64,000 nucleotides of DNA from Octopus vulgaris (GCA_951406725.2 OX597824.1:56234001-56298000), one strand, 5' to 3'; shown: positions 25,000 through 37,740, numbered from the stretch's first letter. Numbers and translations: made by a program. The notes: generated by a model not told the origin, from the sequence alone.

Positions 25000-25092
25000 C
25001 ATACATACAAGAAATAATATTTGTCTCTTCTAATAGAAACAAAAGGGTTTATAGGACTGCAAAAGAAGTGCTCAAATATAAATGAGACAAAG

Positions 25093-25683
25093 ATAAAGAA
25101 GCATTGGTTATAGAACAAACATTAAATTTGGGTCAATGACTTTACAAGCAACACCACCCCTCAAACATTTAATTTCTATATAAAAATCGCCATGGTTCCC
25201 AAACCATTAAAAATAATACATATGCATAAAATCACAGAAGGTAAAAGTATATAAATGAATAAAATACAAATAGAATGGCCTATCGAAAATGTTAAATATA
25301 AATGGCTAAAAATTCAAAAATTACCAAAGAACCATTAGGTTTTTTTTTGGTAAAAATAAATATCCACTGACTAAAAAAGTTTTATCAGATGATTAAAATA
25401 TATAAAAAAAAATTTTTTTTTAATTTTTAAAAAAGTATTTGAAAAGCGTCTTTTACTTCCCTCATACATAACTAGAAAGACTCCCACTTGTCAAATTCAA
25501 CATTCACATATATCTATGGCCATTTCGGGAGCTCACCACCATAGTTTATTTACACTAAAGTGCAACATGGTGATGACACCCTCATCAGGACAAACAGGAA
25601 ACGGAAGACACGCACAGATCAAAATTGTATGTAAAGTCGTTGACCCAAATTTAATGTTTGTTCTATAACCAATGCTTCTTTAT
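25093..25683. mobile_element. Fold-back PLE-terminal-repeat-like element with 54-bp inverted ends
   Basis: 25093-25146 is the reverse complement of 25630-25683 (one mismatch seen); contains a hammerhead. Confidence 0.8.
25510..25593 (-). ncRNA. Type I hammerhead ribozyme, apparently intact
   Basis: TGTC-CTGATGA-GGG..TCATCACCATG..TATGGTGGTGA..CCC-GAAA-TGGCCA-TA-GATA: full core, long stem II, palindromic stem III. Confidence 0.85.
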
Positions 25684-25690
25684 ATATCTT

Positions 25691-25726
<36 letters not shown>

Positions 25727-25728
<2 letters not shown>

Positions 25729-25915
25729 GGGAGAGGTTACGAAAAAGCAAAAGACGAAGACAGGTGGTGTACAAAACAAACAGATGTATTAGTATAAGGC
25801 TCAGGAATAGAAAAAGTCTTTTACGTTTCGAGCCTACGCTCTTCTATAGAAAGGGACACGGAAAAAGCAAGGAGAGAAAAAAGCATGTGTAGTGGCTAAC
25901 AATGTATTATGGCGA
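25727..25915 (-). mobile_element. Solo terminal repeat of the Neptune-like PLE family
   Basis: Matches 12860-13038 and 52260-52450. Confidence 0.85.
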
Positions 25916-25923
25916 CTGATATG

Positions 25924-25969
<46 letters not shown>

Positions 25970-26034
25970 CATATATACACATAAATATATATATATATAT
26001 TTATGCATACACACACACACACACATATACATGC

Positions 26035-26123
26035 ACATGGCAAGTATCTTCTACTATAGCCTTGGGCCGACCAAAGCCTTGTGAGTGGATTTGATAGAAG
26101 GAAACTGAAAGAAGCCCATTGTA

Positions 26124-26172
<49 letters not shown>

Positions 26173-26392
26173 CCCATGCTAGCATGGAGAACGGACGTTA
26201 AACGACGATGATGATGATGATGATGATATGTGTGTGTGTGTGTTTGAATGTCTGTGTTTGTCCCCCCAACATAGCTTGGTGACCAATAGAATAAGAACTA
26301 GGCTTACAAAGAATAAGTCCTGGGGTCGATTTGCTCGACTAAATGCGGTGCTCCAGCATGACCACAGTCAAACTGCTGAAACAAATAAAAGA

Positions 26393-26395
<3 letters not shown>
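26035..26395 (+). mobile_element. 5'-truncated tRNA SINE with an RTE tail piece inserted in its microsatellite
   Basis: Body matches 2965-3323; aacccatgctagcatgg...(GAT)n at 26171-26226. Confidence 0.85.
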
Positions 26396-26443
<48 letters not shown>

Positions 26444-26461
26444 TACATACACATGTGTATA

Positions 26462-27220
26462 TACTCGTTGCCAACCTTCACCTTAGTGACAGCATCCCTG
26501 TACAGGGCATGTACAGCTCTCACTAACCACTCATGTAACCCTAATTTCCTCATTGACCACCAGATAAGGGATTGGGGACCCTGTCAAAGGCTTTCTCCAT
26601 ATTAACGAAAGCCAGGTACAAAGGTTTATCTGTGGCTAGGTATTTCTTCTGCAACTGTCTTACCAGAAATATAGCATCAGTAGTGCTTTACCCTGGCACA
26701 AACCCAAACTGCATCTGATCTAGACTGACTTTCTCTCTAATTTGTTGGGCTATGACCCTCTTTGTGACTTTCATTACCTGATCCAACAACTTGAAACCTC
26801 TAATTATTTGTATCTAAAGCATCACCTTTACCTTTGTAGCAGTTAACTATAGTGCTGCTACAGCAGACATTGGGTATGACTCCTTCATGTATCACCTGCT
26901 TGTCTATACAGGTGACTAGACTACAGCCGACACCACCAGACATTTCAAGCATCCTTGCGGTGATTCCTGGTGGGGACTTTCCCTGTCTAAATACCCTGAT
27001 TGCTTTATCTACCATGGTACTGTGAATTTGGATAGCTGGTCCCTCTGTTGGGTCGACATTTTGCAGACTCTCCTTCACCCAGTCATTCGCTTCTTTTAGC
27101 AACCTTTCATAGTGGCATCTCACCAGACCTACTCTTCAGTGTGCCAACTCTGAGGGTGTGTGGGCCCCCTGGGATGGGGGACAGCAGCATTATGTACCTG
27201 AAAAGTAAGCTCGCATATAT
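26462..27220 (-). mobile_element. RTE LINE fragment with an internal deletion of the APE domain
   Basis: 5' LRVGT-LKSRSGE region joined directly to RCHYERLL; RT to VKVGNEY. Confidence 0.85.
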
Positions 27221-27247
27221 AGATAGATATATATATATATATGCATA

Positions 27248-29460
27248 AGAGGCTTGGAGAAGCCATTATGAAAGACTGCTGAACGTAGAGAATGAATGGG
27301 AGGAGGAAAGCCTGCTACATATTGACCCAGTAGAGGGATCAGCTATCCGAATAGACAGCTCCCTGGTAGATAAAGCAATTAAGTGTATGAAGCCAGGAAA
27401 AGCCCCCGGTCCATCAGGAATCACTGCTGAGATGCTTAAAACATCTATGGCCTAGTCATCCGCATAGTAAACCAGGTAGTTCATAATGGAGTCATACCCA
27501 ATGACTGGCGTAGCAGCACCATAGTCAACTGCTACAAGGGTAAAGGGGATGCTCTAGATAGAAATAACTACAGGGGTATCAAACTGCTGGAACAGGTGAT
27601 GAAGCTCACACAGAGGGTCATAGCCCATTCATTAGGGAGAGATTCTGCTTAGATGAGATGCAGTTCGGTTTTGTGCCAGGTGGAAGCACCACTGATGCCA
27701 TATTCCTGGTTCGACAACTGCAGGAGAAATAACTAACTAAAGATAAACTCCTATACTTAGCTTTTGTGGATTGGAGAAAGCCTTTGACAGGGTCCCTCGA
27801 TCCCTTATCTGGTGGACGATGCGGAAACTGAAGTGTGACGAATGGTTAATAAGGGCTGTACAGGCCCTATACAGAGAGGCCATTAGTAAGGTTAGGATTT
27901 GCAATGAGTAGAGTGAAGAATTCCAGGTAGAAGTAGGGGTCCACCAAGGTTCAGCCCTCAGTCCCCTTTTATTCATCATAGTATAATAACAGACGGGTTG
28001 CTCCAGGCAATAACAGATGGTTTGCCCCTGGGAGCACCTTAATGCTGATGACCCAGCCCTCATAGCAGTATCACTACCAGAACTAGAGAAGAAATTACGA
28101 GTGTGGAAGCAAAGTTTAGAATCAAAAAGCCTTAGAGTCAATGTAGCAAAGACCAAAGTTCTAGTAAGTAGGAAGGCGAACTCATCACACACCCCAGGTA
28201 GGTGGTCCTGCTCGATCTGTAGAAAAGGTGTAGGTAGAAACTCCATAAGATGTACCTAGTGTAAGCTATGGACACATAAGAGGTGCAGCAACATCAAAGG
28301 AAGATTAACCGAGAAAATAGCTTTCGTGTGCAGCGGATGCACAGGGACAATAAACACCACAGATACTCAGAAAACAGATTCCATCACACTCCAGGGGGAG
28401 AAACTAGAAGTAGTTAATAACTTCCGCTACCTAAGTGACCAAGTTAGTAGTGGGGTTGGATGCTCAGAGAGTGTTACCACTAGAATAAGAATACTTTAGG
28501 CAAAGTTTAGAAAGCTGCTACCCCTACTGGTGACAAAGGGCCTCTTGCTCAGAGTGAAAGGTAGATTGTACGTCGCATGTGTGGGAACTGCCATGCTTCA
28601 CAGTAGTGAAACATGGGCTGTGACTGCGGAGGACATCCGTAGGCTAGAAAGAAATGAAGCTAGCATGATCTGCTGGTTGTGTAATGTCACTGTGCACACA
28701 TGACGGAGTGTAAGCACCCTGAGAGAAATGTTGGACATAAGAAACATTGGATGTGGCATGCAAGAGAGACGTTTGCACTAATATGGTCATGTACTACGGA
28801 TGGATAATGAGAGCTGTGTGAAAAAGTGCTACTCCCAAACAGTTGAAGGAATCCCCGGTAGAGGTAGACTCAGGAAGACATGGGATGAAGTGGTCAAGCA
28901 TGACCTTTGAATGTTGGGCCTCACAGAGGCAATGACAAAAGACCGAGACCTCTGGAGATATGCTGTGACTGAGAGGACCCAACAAATAAAGTGAGTTCAC
29001 AGCTGTATCCTACACCAGTTTCTCATAACCAGCCCCAGCCCGTTCAAAAGTACCTTGGATCGTAGGACAACCTGCTGTGCTTACCTTGGATCATAGGGCA
29101 ATCTGCTCTGCTTGAGGAGACCTATTGAGTCAAGTACATCAACATCAAAATAAAAATCAAATGGAAATTGTAGTTGTGAAAACCTTGCCAGTGGCACGTG
29201 AAAAGCACCATCCAAACGTGGCTGATACCAGCGCCGCCTTGACTGGCTTCTGTGCCAGCCTCCTCTGGCCCCTGTGCTGGTGACACGTAAAAAGCACCCA
29301 CTACACTCACGGAGTGCTTGGCGTTAGGAAGGGCATCCAGCTGTAGAAACACTGCCAGATCAGACTGGAGCCTGGTGCAGCCTCCTGGCTTCCCAGACCC
29401 TGGTCGAACTGTCCAACCCATGCTAGCATGGAAAACGAATGTTAAACGATGATGATGATT
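27248..29460 (+). mobile_element. 5'-truncated decayed RTE LINE with 3' UTR
   Basis: EAWRSHYERLL...CSICRKGVGRNSIRC...(GAT)n. Confidence 0.92.
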
Positions 29461-29479
29461 GATATATATATATATATAT

Positions 29480-31236
29480 ATATGAGAAAGTTGGTGTGTG
29501 AAAGCACGTGGTTGAATATATAGTAAAAAGTGAAAAAACTACAGAATGCTTGTTTTAAAAGGTTAAAAAATATATTTGAGTCATTATGTCAGAAGAATGT
29601 TATAAAAGTTTTTCATACAGTGACATAGTTTTTGAAGAAATTACCGGTTTCGTGTTAACTTTTCAAATTTCTCAAAACATTGTGTTATGTCTTCGTTATG
29701 AAGTGTAAAGTAGAGTTCCAGGTAAGGGGAGGTAATGAGTGATTTCTTCCGGTGTAAGGGAGATAATCACTTTATATTTCTTGTGTCATTTATTTAATGG
29801 AGTGAGTTTCTCTGTATAAGAATGTTAGAGTGGTTAATGAAGAATGTTTCCTTGTTTAGTCTAATTTGTGTTGGTGTTCCAATAGCACATTGATAAAAAG
29901 GAAAGATTAAAAATTGTGGTAGTAGTTGCTTTACGCATTTCTCAATATGCTCACTAAAGGGTATCATTCTGTTTTCTGGGAATGCAATCTGTTGTCGATG
30001 CAGTGTGCATCTACGTCTGAGTGATAGACCCGTGGACCCCACGTAGTTTTGGTGGCAGCCCGAGCATCTTATGACATAAATTATGTTTTCAGAAGCACAA
30101 GTAAAATTAGATTTGATCTTGAATTTTTGTCCCTCTTTGAAGAGAAATTCTGATCCTTCTAGAAGGTTTAGGCATGTTGCACAGTTTGATCTACCACATT
30201 TTTTTACTTTTGCATCCGTAATTTCAGAAAACAATTTTGCCTTTGTGAGAATCTTTTTAAGTGATTTAGGTTGTTTGTAGCTTTTAATGATTTTATGTAT
30301 GTTTAGAATTTCCTTTAATTTGGGGTCCTTATGAAGTATTGGTAAATTCTGGGTGATGATGGTGAAGGCTTCTTTGTTTCTGGGGTTGTATGTGGATATG
30401 TAAGGCAGTATTTTCGGGGAAGGTGTGTTGTTGTGTTGAACTTTTCTCAAAGTTTCTATGTCGATTTTTGTTGCACGTCTGATCCCATCCTCTATGAGTT
30501 GAGCTGGGTAGTGTCTGTCAATTAGGGTGTTTTTGAGTTCTTGTAGTCTAAAGTTCCTGATATTTTGTTCTGACACTATTGTGCATATCCTTCTTGCAAG
30601 GTTGAAAGGGATGTTTGTTTTAGTGTGTCTTGGGTGGCATGAATCAAAAAGTAGGTATTGTTTAGCATCTGTGGCTTTGTAAAAAATGTCTGTTTCTATT
30701 TTAAGGTTAATTTTTTTAATTAGTATATCTAAGAATGGAAGCTCCTTTTGGTTGTATTCCATTGTGAACTGTATATTTGGGTTGATGCTGTTCAATAGGA
30801 ATTTGAATTTTAGGAGTTTATTTGGGTTTTCATTCCAGAGTATAAAGCAATCGTCCAGGAATCGTTTCCAATTCTCTTTTATGTATTGATAGAGGAGGTT
30901 TCCAAAGGTCGATAAAGATTCCTAGTAAACAATTATTTCCAGGTAGCCCATTGTTAGGTTCGCAATGACTGGTGCTGCCCTTGTACCCATAGCAATTCCG
31001 GATTTTTGACGGTAAAATGTATTGTCAAACATGAAGTGGTTATTATGTAGGATGAATTCAACCGATTTAGTAATGAATTCTTTGCTGATCCTTTTTGGTA
31101 TTTCTTCTGGAAATTGGTCCAGCCAAAACTGTATTGCCTCTAGTCCATAATTATGGGGTATACTGGTTTATAAATTAACTACATCAAATGAAACTATGAT
31201 TGTTTCTTCCTTGACTTTTTTTGGAAGGTGGTTTCA
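29480..31236 (-). mobile_element. Penelope-like (Neptune-like) element: RT core, thumb, Cys linker, GIY-YIG
   Basis: IVSFDVVNL, GIAMGTRAAP, WKRFLDDCF, KCGRSNCATC, NIIYVIRCSGCHQNYVGST; two stops seen in RT. Confidence 0.92.
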
Positions 31237-33781
31237 AATTCTGTGAAGTGGGTGGAATTCTTCACATATGATGTTGACTTTCCTGCCAATGGACAGATTA
31301 TATCCACAAGGAAGCGGCTCAGTGGATGACATGCTGAACCTCTACAGCTCACTATACATCTTGATGGAATACCATCCATGTAAATCTTAGGGAGACCGTA
31401 CATGTGTAGTAGTTTACTATAGTGTTGAGTCAGTTGCTTGTACTTAATTGGTGCAAAGTGTTCTTTGTTCTTGATCAAGATATGTGACAACTTCCTCTCT
31501 GTTTTCAAAGAAGGGTCTTTCTTTACTTTGCTGTAGCTACCATCACTTGCCAGTTTTTCCAAGTAGTCAGACTTGTTCATCACCACTGTAGCATTTCCCT
31601 TGTCTGCTAGAAGTATTGTGATGGAATTGTCATTGTAGTCGTTTGATAGCGAACTTTTCTTCCTTAGTGATGTTTGGTTTGGGAAGTTTCACTTTTTCTA
31701 GTACCTGTCTCACTTTTCATCTCAGTTCATTTCCCTGAGCTTTTGGTATCTTTATGGCTATCTCTTCAATAGGGGCTGTTATGTCCAAGTATGGTATGCG
31801 CTTGATGGTTGTCGCAAAGTTGAGACCTTTGTTTAGTACTGCTTCTTCTGAGCTTTCTAGATGTCGGCTACTTACATTACTTACTGCTTTCACAGGTGGG
31901 TGATGGACTTCAGTCTTCATTCTTTGACCTTTGCGACAACCATCAAGTGCATTCCATACTTGGACAAACAAGATGAGGACAAATATCTGTCTAATGTAAA
32001 TAATAAGCATGACATTTTTGCCTTACAATATAAAACATTTCGTTTTCTTTCATTCTTTTCAAAAAATGGCACTCCATTTATGACAAGGTTTATTTGATCA
32101 ACGGAACAGTCTGCTTGTAAAATTAAAGCGCAAGTGGCTAAGTACTCCACAGACATGTATACCATAATCTTTAAATTATAGAGTTGAATTTTGTGTAGCC
32201 ACCCATTTTGTAGTGGGTAATACCCATTTTTCTGGGCTCTTTTCATAGCTAAAACCTGTTTGAAATTTGCATTAGATTTTGTTTGAAAAAAAGAAACGAG
32301 GCAGCTTGTTTGTAGTTTGTAGAGGAAATCTTAAACATACCTGAAAAAACGATTTGGTCATTCCCCCCAACTAAAAGATATGAAGAACTATGAAAGAAGA
32401 CAATTAAGAACCGGAGGTTGGGGAAAGAAGATAGAACTAACAGTCGATCATTCTGGAACTCCCAGAATGAAAACGTAAACACCTGAAAGACTTTCTCTCT
32501 ATTCATTACTTTCCCTCTTCTTCATTTTTAAAACAAAAGGATTTAGAAAAGATTGATTGTATTTCAGTCTAATTATCATTTTAAGTGACTGAGACTTTCC
32601 TTTCTCTGTCTATCACTTCACTCCTTTTCTCCACGGTTATGAAAGTGAAAGTGTGTAGCTCAGTGGTTAGCGTATTCGGTCCACGATCATAAAGTCATGA
32701 GTATGACTCTTGGCGATGTGCTGTGTTCTTGAGCAAGGTACTTCACCTTGCTGCAATCCACTCAGCTGGCAAAAATGACTTGTAGCTCTAATTCAAAGGG
32801 CCAGCCATATCCCATTCTGAGTCAAGCTGAATCTCCCTGAGAACTACATTATGGTATACATGTCTGTGGAGTACTTAGCCACTTGCGCTTTAATTTTACA
32901 AGCAGACTGTTCCATTGATCAAATAAACCTTGTCATAAATGGAGTGCCATTTTTTGAAAAGAATGAAAGTAAACGAAATGTTTTATATTGTAAGGCAAAA
33001 ATGTCATGCTTATTATTTACATTAGACAGATATTTGTCCTCATCTTGTTTGTCCAAGTATGGAATGCACTTGATGGTTGTCGCAAAGGTCAAAGAATGAA
33101 GACTGAAGTCCATCACCCACCTGTGAAAGCAGTAATTAATGTAAGTAGCCGACATCTAGAAAGCTCAGAAGAAGCAGTACTAAACAAAGGTCTCAACTTT
33201 GCGACAACCATCAAGCGCATACCATACTTGGACATAACAGCCCCTATTGAAGAGATAGCCATAAAGATACCAAAAGCTCAGGGAAATGAACTGAGATGAA
33301 AAGTGAGACAGGTACTAGAAAAAGTGAAACTTCCCAAACCAAACATCACTAAGGAAGAAAAGTTCGCTATCAAACGACTACAATGACAATTCCATCACAA
33401 TACTTCTAGCAGACAAGGGAAATGCTACAGTGGTGATGAACAAGTCTGACTACTTGGAAAAACTGGCAAGTGATGGTAGCTACAGCAAAGTATAAAGAAA
33501 GACCCTTCTTTGAAAACAGAGAGGAAGTTGTCACAGATCTTGATCAAGAACAAAGAACACTTTGCACCAATTAAGTACAAGCAACTGACTCAACACTATA
33601 GTAAACTACTACACATGTACGGTCTCCCTAAGATTTACATGGATGGTATTCCATCAAGATGTATAGTGAGCTGTAGAGGTTCAGCATGTCATCCACTGAG
33701 CCGCTTCCTTGTGGATATAATCTGTCCATTGGCAGGAAAGTCAACATCATACATGAAGAATTCCACCCACTTCACAGAATT
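31237..33781. repeat. Long inverted repeat, arms 31237-32168 and 32848-33781
   Basis: Mirror ORF pairs differ by only a few residues; spacer ~680 bp. Confidence 0.97.
32652..32925 (+). mobile_element. Second tRNA-derived SINE family (old copy)
   Basis: A-box TAGCTCAGTGG, tRNA-Arg-like loop; body repeated at about 35550-35690. Confidence 0.7.
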
Positions 33782-35038
33782 GATTAAGGATACCCTCATT
33801 GAATCCAACTAGATGGTGAGTCTAATTGTGATAAGTCTGTTCACCTAAGTCCCAACTGGTTAAGCACTATCGGGGATTCAAGAAAAACTAGTGACAGACA
33901 CCCATCTAAAAGAACGCACTAGTATACCAATATGAAATTTGATGGATGTGTTGACCTTCTGTGTAGAAACTACCTACTTCAGTATGGACACTGATATATA
34001 TCAACAAGAAGAGGGTTTAGCTATGGGTTCGCCCTTATCACCGATAATAGTCAATATATACATGGAATACTTTGAGAATTTGGCTTTGGGGTCAACACCA
34101 CTAAAACCAACCCTATGGCTGCGATATGTTGATGACACCGTCATACTCTGGCCCCACCAGGAAGATGTCCAAGTGCTGTTAGATCATGTGGACTCAATAA
34201 AGCCATGTATACAGTTCACAATGGAAAAAGAAAAAGACAATCAGCTAGCATTCCTGGATGTATTAATAACACACACCAAGTATGGATTCAGGACATCCGT
34301 ATACCGCAAGCCAACCTTCACTGGACGATATCTTAACTTCAACTCCCACCATCCATACAGTGTAAAGAGAGAGATTGCTCAGTGCCTAAAACATTGAGCA
34401 ATGAATATAAGTAGCGATCGTGATACCCACCACGAAGAAATGATCAAGCTCAGTAACAATCTATTAAGCAACAACTACCCTAAAAGCTTACTCTCCACTC
34501 CAATTATGAAGAAAAGAGAGGATGAAACCGATAAACTGTCCACAGTCTTTCTACCCTATGTGAAAGGTCTCTGTGAAAAGATACAAAAGATATTCAGCCC
34601 ATATGACATCAGGACAGTATTCAAAAGTAATACAACACTTCGCAAATATCTCCTTCGAATAAAACCATCAAAGAAGAGAATATGACCAAGAACTGCATGT
34701 ATTGCATCCCATGCAGCTGTGGTAGATTATACAAAGGCAAAATAAGGGTAGAGGAACATCGCAAAGCTATGACACGGGGAGATATTGATAAATTGGGTAA
34801 GCTGATCATGTATGGAAAAATGGAGACCACCTCCCCTTGTGAGATGAAGTTAAAATAATAGACAGAGAACACCACTGGAAAATACGAAAACTAAAAGAAG
34901 CAGCACATATGCTAGGACACAACAACCTCCTAAGCAGACCAAGTACAGATATGATCAGCATATGGGAACCGGTATTAAGGAAGGATAGGAGAATATTAGA
35001 TTTATAAGCCCTAAAAATTCACTCCATAATTGCCCATG

Positions 35039-35110
35039 GGCATATGGCGTAGTGGTTAAGAGTGCAGGCTACTAATCCCAAGATTCCATGTTCGATTCCA
35101 GGCAGTGACC
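35039..35110 (+). promoter_or_regulatory. tRNA-derived Pol III internal promoter within the PLE 3' region
   Basis: A-box TGGCGTAGTGG (35045-35055), B-box GTTCGATTCC (35090-35099). Confidence 0.75.
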
Positions 35111-35168
35111 TGAATAAACATCAAAAAATACCTTAGGAACAAGAACCCAGGTTCGAAATTTCCCCAAG

Positions 35169-35212
35169 ACACCTGATGAAGGATGGGGAGCATATCAGCT
35201 GAAATATTGTGT
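35169..35212 (+). ncRNA. Minimal hammerhead motif in the PLE terminal repeat
   Basis: ACAC-CTGATGA-A-GGATG...CAGCT-GAAA-TA-TT-GTGT; stem II imperfect. Confidence 0.7.
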
Positions 35213-36328
35213 TAGCAAATATCCGTCAAATGTACATAATTCCACATCTCTTAAATATAGAACTGTCATGTGCTTAGTATAAGCAGTGAAAGCTAAGACA
35301 AAATAATTGCTATTCTGTTGTGTTGTGACTTTGCCCTAGACTCACGCTCAGTTTGATAACAACAGCCTGCACATCAGTATTTATCTGGAGGCTTGGCCTC
35401 CAGATCTATGAGACCCATAAATGCTGCTGTTAGGACTGGATTAACACCTATAGTGACCCTAATGACTAAAAAGATTTTCTTGCCTCTATATAGGATCTTT
35501 TTTCATTTTCTTCCAACTACTTGAATGTTTATGTTGCTCCTGTTCACGCAGCTGGCCAAAATGAGCTGTAGCTGTAATTGAAAGGAACCAGCCTTGTCAT
35601 ATTCTGTATGAGGCTGAATCTCCCTGAAAACTATGTTAATGGTGTGCATGCCTGTGGAGTACTCAGCCACTTGCGAGTTAATTTTGTCCTCATGTGGTAA
35701 TGAAAAGTGAAAGTGACATCCAATATTTGCTGTAGTTATTTGTCTTTGATTTAACATGTCTATATATCTATGTATCAACTTTTCTTTCAATCTATGTATC
35801 TACTGTCTCTCACTTCCTCTGTGCTCCTTCTCTCTCCTGCTTTTAATTTAACAATGTGTGTGTATCTACATATCTACTTTTCTTTTGATCTATGTATCTA
35901 ATTTTCTCTTGATGTATGCATCAGTCTACTCTGAAAATACTGATAAACATTTTACCTCTCCCTTCAACTGTAGAAAAGTAATTGTAACATCCATAGCTAT
36001 TTGCTGAGAGAGAGACAGACAGAGGGAGAGAGAGTGTGTGTTAGAGAGGCAGACAGACAGAATAACTGTCAGGCAACATTTTGCAATTTCCATATTTTCA
36101 ACCCCTTTATCATATATCATTGAAAATGAAAAGTTTTCCAGCGGTTTCTGTATGAGAATGGCTTCATTCTCTTTGACTATTATTCTCTGTCCACTCCCTT
36201 CCTTCACTCAGTCTATCTCTCTAAAACTCTCTCTTTTCCCTCCCCTCTCGCTCTATGTCTCCTTGCCTCTAACTGTCCTGCTTTCAATGTGTTATGTTTC
36301 TCTTACCTTTCAGCACTATCAGTCTCGC

Positions 36329-36379
<51 letters not shown>

Positions 36380-37359
36380 TCTTCCTCCCTCTTCCTCCTG
36401 TTTGCCACTTTGCCTCTTACTTCAACCATACTTCCTCTGCTTCTGTCCCTCCCCTCACTTCCACTTTGCCACTCACTTCAAGTATACCTCCTTTGCTTAA
36501 CACCTTTTATTTCTCTTTTTACCTCTTCCTTTGAAATAAGTGTGATACACACCACAGGTACGTACAAAAACAAAAAAACTAAGCATATTAATATTATTGA
36601 TAATTGTAATAATCATTTAAATATTGACTTGAACAAATACCCATTCTAGCTATGCCAGCATCGTAAAACAAATTGAATAACAAAAACAATGTGTGTGTAG
36701 AGATAAGTGAATGTTTACTTTCTACACTTTTCATGAATAGTGTTGAGCTACAAACTGTGAAGTTTGTTGATATTCCTGTCATTAAATCATTCATTTGCTC
36801 TGTGATTTTGAAGACAAGGTAACAAAAAATTTCTTACTTGAAAAATAATGAATCTGCAGTATAAATCCATGTTTGAGCTGCAGCAGTGTAGTCTTTGGTG
36901 ACAAGTCCAACTGAAATTTTCACTAGATTCAAGTTCATTATATCAAATTGGAAACTACTATTCTCCAGGCCAGCCCTCCATTTGCACACAAAACTGGCTC
37001 CTCAAACCTGCTCTATACACATAACATAACACCCACTTCAATATTTTAACATACCTCTGATTTTGAGGTATTTCATTACCACTTGATGTCAATACATTTA
37101 GACATCATCACCACACATGATAACAAATGCTTAATCATAAGCATTTGAATGATTTCAATGCAGCATAATATGCCCATAAAATACTTCTTCCCTATATTTA
37201 ATTAGAAAATATTTTTTAGATTTTAAAATAATTTGATCCAAGAGATGCAATTTGTTTTAAATACTGAGTTTTCACTCCTTCAAGCTGAAACTAATATTCA
37301 CATTCAAATAATGTTTCCTCAAATAACCTCTTGTTATCAGTAGCATGTATGTACATATA

Positions 37360-37740
37360 TATCATCATCATTATTTTATGTCTACTTTTCCATGTTTGCA
37401 TGAGTCAGAAAGCAGTCACTGAAGCATATGATTTATGATCAGATGTCTTACCTGTCACCAACCTCTACCTATTTTACCTTAATTGTTGAACATATTATCA
37501 TGAAAGATTGGAAACAAAAAGCACCACTTGTATGATAGTAGCACTAATTTACAACTATCACATGATTTCAAGTCAATCATACACATACACTACAGACTTT
37601 TCTCAGTTTCCACCCACAAGATCCACTCACAAAGCTGTGGTTAACCCAGGACTAAATTAGGAGACACTTGATTGAGATGTCATGCAATGGGACTGAACTC
37701 AAAACCATTTGCTTGGGAAGTAAATTCTTAACCGCACAGC
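37360..37740 (-). mobile_element. Old tRNA SINE copy with RTE-like tail
   Basis: Reverse complement of the SINE head at 37595-37740; (ATC)n tail near 37360. Confidence 0.65.

Larger units (their letters stand above)
33088..35265 (+). mobile_element. Penelope-like (Poseidon-like) element: RT, thumb, GIY-YIG, 3' terminal repeat
   Basis: LNKGLNFA, ADKGNATVVM, YGLPKI, GLAMGSPLSP, WLRYVDD, YRKPTFTGRYLNFNSHHP, YCIPCSCGRLY; stops and frameshifts. Confidence 0.93.

Noticed and set aside
29640-29700. Hammerhead 3' half GAAACCGGTA on - strand
   Set aside because: No convincing CUGANGA and stem II found upstream.
35039-35110. Functional tRNA gene
   Set aside because: Acceptor, anticodon and T stems pair poorly and there is no T-run terminator; treated as a tRNA-derived promoter.
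36541-36557. 17-nt plus-strand micro-exon with a strong donor
   Set aside because: It would shift the frame between the two VPS54 exons, which already join cleanly.
36038-36649. 203-aa ORF and similar [12 protein letters not shown] ORFs
   Set aside because: Low-complexity microsatellite translations with no domain signal.
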